Below, piece after piece: positions 8,604 through 17,969 of a stretch of DNA of 44,219 bases. Numbering within the stretch: the first letter of the stretch is position 1; the number at the start of each line of letters is the position of its first letter. The position numbers and the translations under genes were made by a program. Where the stretch lies: sequence record SRR22947727_1657; one strand, given 5' to 3'. The notes under the pieces are model-generated. The model saw only the letters and a list, made by a program, of their open reading frames with translations. It was not told the origin of the DNA and searched no databases.

Positions 8604-9662
8604 ATGATAAAGACAGACATACTCATCATTGGCGCGGGACCTACAGGACTTTTCGCTGTATTTGAAGCGGGATTATTACAGCTTAAATGCCATATAATAG
8701 ACGCCCTTCCAATGCCAGGAGGACAACTTTCAGAATTGTACCCCAAGAAACCTATTTATGATATCCCAGGTTTTCCTGAAGTATTGGCGGGAGACTTGGT
8801 GCACAATCTCATGGAACAAATAAAACCTTTTTCTCCAGGTTTTACCCTTGGAGAACGCGCAGAAAAAATTGACAAACAATTGGACGGTAGTTTTATTGTC
8901 ACTACGGATAAAGGGACAGCGCACCACACTAAAGTAGTAGCAATTGCGGGAGGACTCGGAAGTTTTGAGCCCAAAAAACCACTTATAGAAGGAATTGAAT
9001 CCTGGGAAGACAAAGGAGTCTCTTATATGATTAAAGACCCTGAAGTTTATAGAGATAAAAAAGTGCTTATTGCAGGTGGAGGAGATTCAGCATTAGATTG
9101 GAGTATTTTTTTAGCAGAGGTGGCTAGTGAGGTTACGTTGGTACACAGAAGGTCTGAATTTAGAGGTGCTCTAGATTCAGTAGAGAAAGTGCAGGCCCTT
9201 AAAAATTCAGGTAAAATAAATTTAATTACTCCAGCAGAAGTGATTGGTTTAGCGGGAGACACCCACTTAAATAAAGTGTATATTCAAAAAACAGGAGAAG
9301 AAGCCCCTATTGAATTAACAGTAGACGCCTTTATTCCGCTCTTTGGTTTATCTCCTAAGTTAGGGCCTATTGGTGCCTGGGGTCTCGAAATAGAAAAAAA
9401 TGCCATTGTGGTAGACAATACATTGGATTATATGACTAATATACCTGGCGTGTATGCCATTGGAGATGTCAACACCTATCCAGGAAAACTAAAATTAATT
9501 CTCTGTGGTTTTCATGAAGCTACGCTTATGTGTCAAAGTGCTTACGGCCGTATATTTCCCAACAAAAGGTACGTCATGAAATACACTACTGTAGGAGGTG
9601 TTACGGGATTTGACGGAACTAAAAAAGAAGCCCCTAAGGCAGTTGTTAAAAAAATAGAATAA
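8604..9662 (+). CDS. Thioredoxin-reductase-like ferredoxin--NADP(+) reductase
   Basis: Start moved to ATG 8604 (MIKTDILIIGAGPTG). GGQLSELYPKKPIYDIPG, NADPH motif GGGDSALD, HRR, YAIGD. No redox CxxC, which is typical of YumC-type FNR. Adjacent to a ferredoxin. Confidence 0.88.
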   Translation: MIKTDILIIGAGPTGLFAVFEAGLLQLKCHIIDALPMPGGQLSELYPKKPIYDIPGFPEVLAGDLVHNLMEQIKPFSPGFTLGERAEKIDKQLDGSFIVTTDKGTAHHTKVVAIAGGLGSFEPKKPLIEGIESWEDKGVSYMIKDPEVYRDKKVLIAGGGDSALDWSIFLAEVASEVTLVHRRSEFRGALDSVEKVQALKNSGKINLITPAEVIGLAGDTHLNKVYIQKTGEEAPIELTVDAFIPLFGLSPKLGPIGAWGLEIEKNAIVVDNTLDYMTNIPGVYAIGDVNTYPGKLKLILCGFHEATLMCQSAYGRIFPNKRYVMKYTTVGGVTGFDGTKKEAPKAVVKKIE

Positions 9663-9664
9663 GT

Positions 9665-9997
9665 ATGACACAGGATATTCAAGTGACCATTGTAGATAGA
9701 ACAGGCCAATCCCATACAGTGTTGGCACCTACAGATATGAACATGAATCTAATGGAATTGGTGCGATCCTATGAATTGGCTCCAGAGGGAACTATAGGGA
9801 TATGTGGCGGAATGGCCATGTGCGCTTCCTGTCAGTGTTATGTGACCTCCAGCCATCATTTAGAGCCAATGTCTGAGGAAGAAGAAGCCATGTTGTCTGA
9901 AGCATTTCACCTGCAAGACAACAGCCGATTAGGATGTCAAATTCCTATTACAGAAAATTTAGAAGGATTAAAAATAACCTTGGCCCCTGAGGAATAG
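9665..9997 (+). CDS. 2Fe-2S ferredoxin (adrenodoxin-like)
   Basis: CGGMAMCASC...RLGC cysteine pattern, 110 aa. Confidence 0.93.
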   Translation: MTQDIQVTIVDRTGQSHTVLAPTDMNMNLMELVRSYELAPEGTIGICGGMAMCASCQCYVTSSHHLEPMSEEEEAMLSEAFHLQDNSRLGCQIPITENLEGLKITLAPEE

Positions 9998-10127
9998 TTA
10001 GGACTGTTTTAAAAAAAGGGATGTACCATTCGCTGGTCTAAGCTATAGGGGACAATAGTTCAAGTACACAGACAATAAGGTAGTGGGATTTTTTTCTAAG
10101 TGGAACAATTAACGCAACATTGATACG

Positions 10128-11900
10128 TTAAATTTTTGCCTGGTAGGTAAACAGGTCAAAATACCTTCCTTTGGCCTCGATCAGTTGGTCGTGAGTCCCT
10201 TGCTCCGCAATTTTACCTCCCTCAATCACTAGAATTTTATGGGCTTTTCTAATGGTACTTAGCCTGTGAGCAATGACAAAAGTAGTTCTGCCTTCAGTGA
10301 GAGTAGCCAAACTTTTTTGAATAAGCGCCTCACTTTCTGTATCTAAGTTAGAGGTTGCTTCATCTAATATCAAGATAGATGGGTTCGCTAAAATAGCTCT
10401 AGCTATGGCAATTCTCTGTCTTTGACCGCCAGATAATTTCACGCCTCTCTCGCCAATTAAAGTGTCTAAACCAGCGTCAAAACGATCGGTAAATTCATTG
10501 ACATAAGCAGCATTGACTGCTTCTAAAAGACTTTCATTTGAGGCATTAGGTCTGGCATATAAAATATTTTCTTTAATAGTCCCCTCAAAAAGGAATTCAT
10601 CTTGCAATACCACACCCAATTGTTTTCTATAACTCTCTAAGGTCACTTTCCTAAGCGGGTGGCCATCAATGGTAATCTCTCCTTGATCGGGATTAATAAA
10701 AGTAGCCACTAAGCCAGCTATGGTAGATTTTCCAGAACCTGAACTACCCACTAGGGCAATGGTTTCTCCTGCTGCTGCGTTAAAACTAATGCTGTGTAAT
10801 ACATCTTTTTCCTCTTCATAGGCAAAAGACACCTCTTTAAAGCTTAATGCTCCTTGAAGCTTTTTTAGTTGGATGGTACGCAAAGGATCCTCTGCTTCAC
10901 CAGTTTCGTTCATGAGCTCTTCCGTTCGGTCTAGGCCAGCTAAAGCTTCTGTAAGTTGGCTTCCAATATTACTCATTTGAACAATAGGTGCTACCATGAG
11001 CCCTAATAAGAAGGTGAAACTCAGGAATTCTCCTAAGGTCAAGGCTTCCATCATAATTTTGTATCCGCCAATTCCCATGATGCCTGTAGTGGCCAGCCCT
11101 AATAAAAATGTGGCAGATGAGGTCATAAAAGCTGTAGCGGTGAGACTCTTCTTTACATTGACAAACAATTCGTGCACCCCTTTTTCAAAAACCAAGGCCT
11201 CTTGTTCTGCTGCATTAAATCCCTTAATCACTCGAATACCTCCAAGTGTTTCTGTAAGCCTTCCCGTTACTTCTGCATTGATTTTTCCTCTAGCCCTAAA
11301 AATAGGTCTAATTACTTTAAAAGCTTTCAGAGCAATGATGGCGAAAATAGCCAAAGGTATGAGTGTGAATAAGGTCATAGACACACTTATTTGCAGCAAC
11401 AAAATTAGAGAGACTACGGCTGTGATGGTACCACCTACCAATTGCACAAGGCCTGTTCCAATTAAATTTCTAACCCCTTCTACATCGGTCATTATCCGTG
11501 AGACTAAAGCCCCAGATTTGGTGTTGTCAAAAAATCGAATGGGCAGGCCCAGAATTTTCTTTTGCACTTGAGCCCTCAATTCCGCAATAAGGTATTGGGC
11601 CTGTACAGAGAGAATTTTTGTCAGTAAAAATGAAGTGATCGCTTGTACCAGAATGGCTATTATAACAACGGCAATCAATATTTTAAGTCGGTCCAATTCC
11701 TTGTTAGGAATAATTTCATCCATCAAAACTTTTAAAGACAGTGGCGCAACAAAACTGGCTATTTTACTTATGACTATTAGTAATAAACCTACAAAAACCA
11801 TTTTTCTTCTGGGCCAAATAATGGTTGTAAAGGCTTGTAAAATAGAAACTTTGGGTTTGCTTTTGTCTTTTGTTGTATGGCTTTTTTTATTTGGAGTCAT
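10128..11900 (-). CDS. ABC exporter, fused permease/ATPase (MsbA/MdlB-like)
   Basis: N-terminal TM domain. Walker A GSSGSGKST, signature LSGGQRQR, Walker B ILILDEATS, H-loop IAHRLST. Confidence 0.95.
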   Translation of the reverse strand: MTPNKKSHTTKDKSKPKVSILQAFTTIIWPRRKMVFVGLLLIVISKIASFVAPLSLKVLMDEIIPNKELDRLKILIAVVIIAILVQAITSFLLTKILSVQAQYLIAELRAQVQKKILGLPIRFFDNTKSGALVSRIMTDVEGVRNLIGTGLVQLVGGTITAVVSLILLLQISVSMTLFTLIPLAIFAIIALKAFKVIRPIFRARGKINAEVTGRLTETLGGIRVIKGFNAAEQEALVFEKGVHELFVNVKKSLTATAFMTSSATFLLGLATTGIMGIGGYKIMMEALTLGEFLSFTFLLGLMVAPIVQMSNIGSQLTEALAGLDRTEELMNETGEAEDPLRTIQLKKLQGALSFKEVSFAYEEEKDVLHSISFNAAAGETIALVGSSGSGKSTIAGLVATFINPDQGEITIDGHPLRKVTLESYRKQLGVVLQDEFLFEGTIKENILYARPNASNESLLEAVNAAYVNEFTDRFDAGLDTLIGERGVKLSGGQRQRIAIARAILANPSILILDEATSNLDTESEALIQKSLATLTEGRTTFVIAHRLSTIRKAHKILVIEGGKIAEQGTHDQLIEAKGRYFDLFTYQAKI

Positions 11901-12023
11901 TTGTGTTTTTTGATCTATAGGGTAAAGGTACTTTTTTGTACCTTTCTAGCTATTGATTTAGAAAAAAAACCACCACTATCTTCTTGAAGATTAAATAGCT
12001 AACACTTTAAAAAACCCATTGAA

Positions 12024-14195
12024 ATGAAACCTATTTTTGTTTTTTTATTCCTATTGCTTACCGCCTGTTCTGAGCCTCAAGACACTGCCTCCACGCGTCA
12101 GGAGAAGCATGCAGCACAAACCAATATTATCAGGGATTCATTTGGGGTACCCCACATATATGGAAAGACAGACACAGATGCTGTTTTTGGTTTGTTATAC
12201 GCCCAGTGCGAAGATGATTTTCAACGGGTAGAAGACAATTATATATGGGCCATTGGAAGGTTGGCAGAGGTGGAAGGGGAAAGTGCCATCTATTCAGACC
12301 TCAGGGCTAAATTATTTATGACTACAGATGAGGCTAAAGCCATGTACGAAAACGCTCCTGAGGACATTAAAGCCCTTTGTATGGCTTTCGCAGATGGAAT
12401 AAATTTCTATTTAAAAACACATCCAGACGTCCGTCCAAAACTCATTGATCATTTTGAACCATGGATGCCTATGTATTTTTCAGAGGGGTCTATTGGGGGA
12501 GATATTGAACGTATTTCTGAAAAAAAGATACGTGCCTTTTATGAAAATGCTGCTGCCCTTCCAAAAGAAGAAGCCTTAGCTATTGCTCTAGCTGCATCTG
12601 AGGAGGAACCAGCTGGATCAAATGGGATAGCCATTTCTGGATCCCATACAAAAAGCGGAGACGCCATGCTTTTAATTAATCCCCATACCTCATTTTTCTT
12701 TAGGGGAGAAGTGCATGTAAATAGCGAAGAAGGTTTGGCAGCTTATGGTGCAGTTACTTGGGGACAATTTTTTGTATATCAGGGATTTAATGAGAAAACA
12801 GCTTGGATGCATACCTCCACTTATACAGACGTGATGGATGAATACTTGGAGACCATTACTCAAAATGAAGCGGGCTTATTTTATTTATACGGGGAAGAAC
12901 AAAGAGAAGTGTCTGTATCCGAAGTAAGGCTAAAATTCAAAGATTCTTTGGGGATTATTCAAGAAAAATCTTTTCCCAAGTATCGTACCCACCACGGTCC
13001 AATTACCCATATGGAAGCGGGGCAATGGGTTGCCTCTGCTATGATGTGGGACCCTGTGACCGCATTAAAACAATCATTTATCAGAACAAAGCAGAACAAT
13101 TATAAAGGCTTTAAGGCAATGATGGATTTGAGAACCAATTCATCTAACAATACGGTTTATGCAGACGCAGAGGGTAATATTGCTTATTTCCATGGAAATT
13201 TTGTGCCTAAAAGAGATGTAGCTTTTGACTTTTCCCAACCCGTAGATGGTAGTAATCCAGCTACTGATTGGCAGGGGCTACATACTGTTGAAGAGAATAT
13301 ATTGCTTTTAAATCCAGAGAACGGTTGGTTGCAAAATTGTAATTCAACTCCTTATACGGCCGCATTACAATACAGTCCTAAACCTGAGGACTATCCGGTA
13401 TATATGTCTAAAGGCCAAGAAAATTTTAGAGGGGTACACGCCATTTCACTGCTAAGTGAGATAAATAAAATTGATTTGGACGGACTTATCACCCTAGCTC
13501 ATGACCCATTTTTACCTGCATTTGAGGCTTTAATTCCGGGTTTAGTGAAGGCATTTGACCAATGGGGTAGTTCTGTTGGAGAAATGAATGCAGCCATTGA
13601 AATATTGAGGCAATGGGATTTTAAAACTTCTGAAGATTCGGTAGCCATGACTTTGGCTCATTTTTACGGTACCCGCTACGGTCAAAAAGGAGTGCGTCCT
13701 TTTGCCATGTCAGACATGGAACTCATGACCTATTTTGGTAGTGGCTCTCCTGAAAAAGAACGTTTGGCTATTTTTGAGGAAACGCTACAACAGCTCAATG
13801 CAGATTTTGGTACCTGGAATACCCCTTGGGGCAGTGTGAATAGATACCAAAGGCTCAACGGAGACCCCAGACAAGCATTTAATGATTCATTGCCCAGTAC
13901 CCCTATTGGTTTTGCTTCTGGTAGATGGGGTGCCTTGGCAGCTTATGGCGCTAGGTACACCAATAATACAAAGAAGATTTACGGAACCAGAGGGAATAGT
14001 TTTGTTGCAGTAGTTTCTTTTGGAGAAAAACTACAAGCAAAAAGTATTTTAGCTGGCGGGCAGAGTGGCGATCTAAATTCGCCCCATTTTGGAGACCAGC
14101 TGTCTCGTTATGCAGAGGCTAATTTTAAGGAAGTACTTTTTTATAAAGAAGCCGTGTTAAAAGATGCTCAGCGAAGCTACCATCCGGGGGAATAG
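12024..14195 (+). CDS. Penicillin acylase family (peptidase S45, Ntn-hydrolase) lipoprotein; AHL-acylase / glutaryl-7-ACA-acylase-like
   Basis: Lipobox LLTA-C. IIRDSFGVPHIYG, GLLYAQCED. Autocatalytic site G-SNGIAI (Ser199), LLINPH, RTHHGP, NPENGWLQNCN. Confidence 0.9.
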   Translation: MKPIFVFLFLLLTACSEPQDTASTRQEKHAAQTNIIRDSFGVPHIYGKTDTDAVFGLLYAQCEDDFQRVEDNYIWAIGRLAEVEGESAIYSDLRAKLFMTTDEAKAMYENAPEDIKALCMAFADGINFYLKTHPDVRPKLIDHFEPWMPMYFSEGSIGGDIERISEKKIRAFYENAAALPKEEALAIALAASEEEPAGSNGIAISGSHTKSGDAMLLINPHTSFFFRGEVHVNSEEGLAAYGAVTWGQFFVYQGFNEKTAWMHTSTYTDVMDEYLETITQNEAGLFYLYGEEQREVSVSEVRLKFKDSLGIIQEKSFPKYRTHHGPITHMEAGQWVASAMMWDPVTALKQSFIRTKQNNYKGFKAMMDLRTNSSNNTVYADAEGNIAYFHGNFVPKRDVAFDFSQPVDGSNPATDWQGLHTVEENILLLNPENGWLQNCNSTPYTAALQYSPKPEDYPVYMSKGQENFRGVHAISLLSEINKIDLDGLITLAHDPFLPAFEALIPGLVKAFDQWGSSVGEMNAAIEILRQWDFKTSEDSVAMTLAHFYGTRYGQKGVRPFAMSDMELMTYFGSGSPEKERLAIFEETLQQLNADFGTWNTPWGSVNRYQRLNGDPRQAFNDSLPSTPIGFASGRWGALAAYGARYTNNTKKIYGTRGNSFVAVVSFGEKLQAKSILAGGQSGDLNSPHFGDQLSRYAEANFKEVLFYKEAVLKDAQRSYHPGE

Positions 14196-14245
14196 GCTTT
14201 TTTAAAACTTAAAAAGTCGCTACTGATTTACAATTTGGAGGGTTC

Positions 14246-14893
14246 TTATTCTCTCACCAGAACCATAGTAGCTTTAGCCCCAGTGGAAAGGTTCCAGATG
14301 TTTTGGTGTACTAGGTTTCCCTTTTCGTCGTAAACGTCTACCTGAGCGGTATTTGGTCCAGAGGCACCTTGGTTTAAAGCTTCGAAAACTAGGGTGTTTA
14401 CACCTTCTTTGAGGTCTACATTGACTCCTTGAAAACCAGCAGTTAGGAAAAGATTCTGTGCTACAATCTCGCCGTTGAGGTATATTCTTACACGATCTCC
14501 ATCTACGTATTCGTGGTCCCTACACACCACACCAACAAATTTAGACACCGTTTTTACAGCACCTAAATTCACATTGCCAAAGTAATTTTTGGCTTTCTTG
14601 CTTTCTTTTTCTCGTATTTTTGGGTCTATTTTTAAGTAAGCGCCTGCTTGGACCAAAGTTCTGTCAGGAAGCATTTTAATACCGTTTTTTTCTAAGGTTT
14701 CCGCTACAGGATACAAGAGCTTTTCAGGGGTATTTTTGCTGTTTGGAGGGGGCAGTTTAAAAGGTGTTTCCCCTGATTTTTCTTTTTTGTTGTCACCTAT
14801 TTTTACCCGTTTACTGGTGTTTTCTTGTGCCCATAAGGAACCACAGCCTATGAGTAGGAATAGAAAAAAATGGCTTAATTTTTTGTGACCCAT
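14246..14893 (-). CDS. Secreted hypothetical protein (C-terminal DHEYVDGDRV...FEALNQG..GPNTA domain)
   Basis: 215-aa ORF with N-terminal signal-like segment, Lys-rich linker and compact beta-rich C-terminal region. A consensus -7 element TACCTTTG (14905-14898) lies directly upstream. Confidence 0.75.
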   Translation of the reverse strand: MGHKKLSHFFLFLLIGCGSLWAQENTSKRVKIGDNKKEKSGETPFKLPPPNSKNTPEKLLYPVAETLEKNGIKMLPDRTLVQAGAYLKIDPKIREKESKKAKNYFGNVNLGAVKTVSKFVGVVCRDHEYVDGDRVRIYLNGEIVAQNLFLTAGFQGVNVDLKEGVNTLVFEALNQGASGPNTAQVDVYDEKGNLVHQNIWNLSTGAKATMVLVRE

Positions 14894-14941
14894 ACAACAA
14901 AGGTATAAAAGAAGCCGCTCTTAATGTTTTAAAAGGACGTT

Positions 14942-14972
14942 AAAAAAAAGCGCGGCCTAAAGGCCGCGCTTT
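14942..14972 (-). terminator. Rho-independent terminator closing the haloperoxidase/symporter operon
   Basis: Inverted repeat AAAGCGCGGCCT-AA-AGGCCGCGCTTT (14947-14972). A8 run on + gives a U-tract on the minus strand, 30 nt past the symporter stop. Confidence 0.88.
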
Positions 14973-15002
14973 AAATACAGTATCTGAGTGTTTATTAAGC
15001 TG

Positions 15003-16592
15003 TTAGGCAAAGTATAAGTATACGCCAATCACCAAAACACAGATGGCTATTCCAACCTCTTTGACGTATTTAAAAGGAAGGATGTCTACTTGTTTGGTAT
15101 AGCTCAATTCGTAAGGAGTTGCCATAGGCTTTAATTGACCAATCACTAACATTATTGCCGTATTGAGCAAGAATAATATGGCCATAACGTCCAAATAATG
15201 TGGGTAAGTTCCCCCATTGTCTGTTACCATTGGCTGAAGTACAAACTGGCTAATGATATACAATAGTGAGCCTGATACAACACCGACTTTAGCTGCTATT
15301 GCAGGAACCCTTTTAGTGGTGTAACCCACGAAAATAATGGTCAGGATGGGAATACTATAAATTCCGTTCACTTCTTGAAGGTAGTCAAATAATGTTCCGG
15401 CATTAGCAATTAATGGTGCTATAAACATAGCAGCAATCGCTAAAACTAGCCCAAAGCGTTTTCCGTTTTTAACCATTTGAAGCTCACTGGCTTCTGGGTT
15501 AATGTGTTGTTTGTAAATGTCTACACCAAATAGGGTAACGGAGCTATTGAGCACAGAGTTAAAGGAGCTTAAAATGGCCCCAAAGAGTACTGCGGCAAAA
15601 AACCCAACCAAGGCTTCAGGCAATACTTCTGCTACGAGCATAGGGTAGGCGGTATCGGCCTTTTCAAGGCCCCCTTCGAATAAATGATAGGCAATGAGTC
15701 CGGGTAATACCACCAATAAAGGACCCAATACTTTAATAAATGCGGCCAACATAAGTCCTTTCTGGCCCTCCGCTAAGTTTTTGGCTGCGAGTGCTCGTTG
15801 AATAATTTGTTGGTTGGTTCCCCAATAAAATAATTGCACGAGCATCATCCCAGTAAAAATAGTGTGGAAAGGTACTGGGTCGGATTCACTACCCATGGAT
15901 TTAAACTTGTCTGGGTTTTCTTGGACCAAAATATTTAGACCGTCTAAAGCATTTCCGTCTCCAATAGCCATGAGGCCAAAAAGAGGAATCATAAGCCCCC
16001 CAATCAAAAGGCCAATGGCATTTATAGAATCAGATACAGCAACGGCTTTTAAACCACCAAATACCGCATATATTCCACCTGTAATCCCTATGCCCCAGAC
16101 ACAAATCCATAAAGCTTCTGTCTCAGTGACACCTAATAGTTCCGGAATGTTGAACATCCCACTAATGGCTACAGACCCTGAATATAAAATTACAGGCAGT
16201 AAAACCACTACATATCCTGTTAGGAAAAGTACAGAGGTAATTGTTTTTGTAGTGACGTCAAAACGGGTCGCTAAAAATTGCGGAACTGTTGTAAGCCCTC
16301 CTTTTAAATATCTGGGCAATAAAAAAATAGCGGTAACTACCATAGCTATAGCGGCGAGGGTTTCCCAGGCCATTACAGATAAACCACTTTCATAGGCAGA
16401 GCCATTGAGCCCTACGATTTGTTCGGTGGACAAATTGGTGAGTAATAGTGAACCCGCTATTACGCCAGCAGTTAAACTTCTTCCGCCAAGAAAATAGCCA
16501 TCTGAAGATTGTTCGTTGGTTTTTCTAGTGGCAAAATAAGCTACAACGGCTACCAAAAGGGTAAACCCAACAAAAGATAAAATTCCTAACAT
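15003..16592 (-). CDS. Sodium:solute symporter (SSS family, sugar/polyol-type, YidK-like)
   Basis: 529 aa with many TM segments. GYFLGGRSL, SLLLTNLSTEQIVGLNG, YAVFGGLKAVAVSD, FYWGTNQQIIQRALAAK, AILSSFNSVLNS. Confidence 0.92.
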   Translation of the reverse strand: MLGILSFVGFTLLVAVVAYFATRKTNEQSSDGYFLGGRSLTAGVIAGSLLLTNLSTEQIVGLNGSAYESGLSVMAWETLAAIAMVVTAIFLLPRYLKGGLTTVPQFLATRFDVTTKTITSVLFLTGYVVVLLPVILYSGSVAISGMFNIPELLGVTETEALWICVWGIGITGGIYAVFGGLKAVAVSDSINAIGLLIGGLMIPLFGLMAIGDGNALDGLNILVQENPDKFKSMGSESDPVPFHTIFTGMMLVQLFYWGTNQQIIQRALAAKNLAEGQKGLMLAAFIKVLGPLLVVLPGLIAYHLFEGGLEKADTAYPMLVAEVLPEALVGFFAAVLFGAILSSFNSVLNSSVTLFGVDIYKQHINPEASELQMVKNGKRFGLVLAIAAMFIAPLIANAGTLFDYLQEVNGIYSIPILTIIFVGYTTKRVPAIAAKVGVVSGSLLYIISQFVLQPMVTDNGGTYPHYLDVMAILFLLNTAIMLVIGQLKPMATPYELSYTKQVDILPFKYVKEVGIAICVLVIGVYLYFA

Positions 16593-16633
16593 ATGTGATA
16601 ATTTGGTTGATGATTATTTTTGTCTAATATACT

Positions 16634-17968
16634 TTATTTTAAGGTCTTTAATTTCTCTACCAAGAATTTACCTACAGCATTTCCTTGTTTTACCCCTTCG
16701 TCTATAGCCCTTCTATAATGAATCCCTCCATAAAGTCTAGACACAGCAGCCTCTTCTGAGGCCGCAATAAATGAGTCATAAGACCTCACGCCTAATCCAT
16801 AGACCTCTTCTGTGGTGTCTGCAAATGAAAAGGTGTCACCATAAATGTCAGTGAGTGCTACGGCAGAAGCCCTTGAGATTACAGAATGTCCAGAGGTATA
16901 TTCTGGAAAAGGAGGTGTTTGAAGCAAAGGTAACCAAGTTTCATCTAAAAACTCGTTAATAATGGTCTCTGGTCTTACAATTAAAGTATTCCATTTGGTA
17001 TTCCAACATGAAATAAAACCGTCGAATAGGGCAATAGATACCCTAGCATAGGCGTTAATGCTTTCATCCATATTACTTTGTGCCTGTTTGGCAGCAATTT
17101 TAGTAATCCCAATCCAGTGCCCTCCTGGAGTGATTTTTTTTGTAGCAAACATGGCGTGTCCTCTGTGGTGAGATACATAAGGGTTACAGTCCCAGAAGCT
17201 GGCAATTTCTGTAGCTTCTGTGCTTCCATCTATTTTTTCACCCAATTCGTACACCTCCATCAATTCTTTGTAAAATGGGCTGTCTTTACTCATATCTACA
17301 GGATAAGGAGGGGCTGGTTCAAACTGATCCGCCGTATCTAAAACTAGCGTTCTTATTTTATTCCAGTGTGGCTCTATTCCTTCCATATAATCAGGAGGGG
17401 TAGGCTTCCAAAAAGCAGTACCTTCTTGTATGGTATATTTTGGAAAGGTTCTGGTTTGTTTGTAAAAATCAGTGTCTGCCCACGCCAAAATATGCGCAGC
17501 AACTAAGTCCCCATATGCCAATGAAGCTTCTTTTACACTTGAAGGAAGTCCGTCTTGTTCTAGGCTAGCGTAAAGGGAATCTCTGTATTCTATTATTTTA
17601 TTTTCTGAAAAAATTAAGGCAGTACCTACTTTTAAAAAGGCGTGAATGGCAGCCAATTCTGCATGAATGTCTGGGTCGTTTATTTCCGGGATGGTTTTAA
17701 AGTCGCTGAGTTGTCCGGCCATATCCTCATATTTTTTAGGATATTGTTTTTGCATGACAGCATATGCAGCAATAGTAGGATACATATATACCCTAGAAGC
17801 TACAGGAGGAGAAAAAATATCGTACACGATTACATCTGACAGTGCTTGCATGCTATTGTGAAATAGCTGAGGGTCTTTTAAGCGCGCTTTATAGGTGTTG
17901 TTTTCTTCACAGCCCAATAGGCTAAAAAAGACAGCACTACATAAAAGAAGTGATTTGATTACTTTCAT
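16634..17968 (-). CDS. Vanadium-dependent haloperoxidase family lipoprotein (PAP2 superfamily)
   Basis: Lipobox LLG-C. All three vanadate/phosphate-binding motifs are present: KWNTLIVRP (Kx6RP), PPFPEYTSGHS and SRLYGGIHY. Also SPPVASR, FWDCNPY and TPGGHW, which are typical of bacterial VHPOs. Confidence 0.88.
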   Translation of the reverse strand: MKVIKSLLLCSAVFFSLLGCEENNTYKARLKDPQLFHNSMQALSDVIVYDIFSPPVASRVYMYPTIAAYAVMQKQYPKKYEDMAGQLSDFKTIPEINDPDIHAELAAIHAFLKVGTALIFSENKIIEYRDSLYASLEQDGLPSSVKEASLAYGDLVAAHILAWADTDFYKQTRTFPKYTIQEGTAFWKPTPPDYMEGIEPHWNKIRTLVLDTADQFEPAPPYPVDMSKDSPFYKELMEVYELGEKIDGSTEATEIASFWDCNPYVSHHRGHAMFATKKITPGGHWIGITKIAAKQAQSNMDESINAYARVSIALFDGFISCWNTKWNTLIVRPETIINEFLDETWLPLLQTPPFPEYTSGHSVISRASAVALTDIYGDTFSFADTTEEVYGLGVRSYDSFIAASEEAAVSRLYGGIHYRRAIDEGVKQGNAVGKFLVEKLKTLK

Positions 17969-17969
17969 T

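Noticed and set aside
8604-9662. Thioredoxin reductase call
   Set aside because: No redox-active CxxC. The YPKKPIYDIPG motif and the adjacent ferredoxin indicate a TrxR-like FNR.
9998-10127. Convergent intergenic gap as a possible sRNA or terminator
   Set aside because: I could not find a convincing stem-loop or known RNA motif by eye.
10996-11571. 191-aa plus-strand ORF
   Set aside because: Lies wholly antisense to the ABC transporter TM region, with no motif and no promoter context.
15862-16395. 177-aa plus-strand ORF
   Set aside because: Antisense shadow of the SSS transporter.
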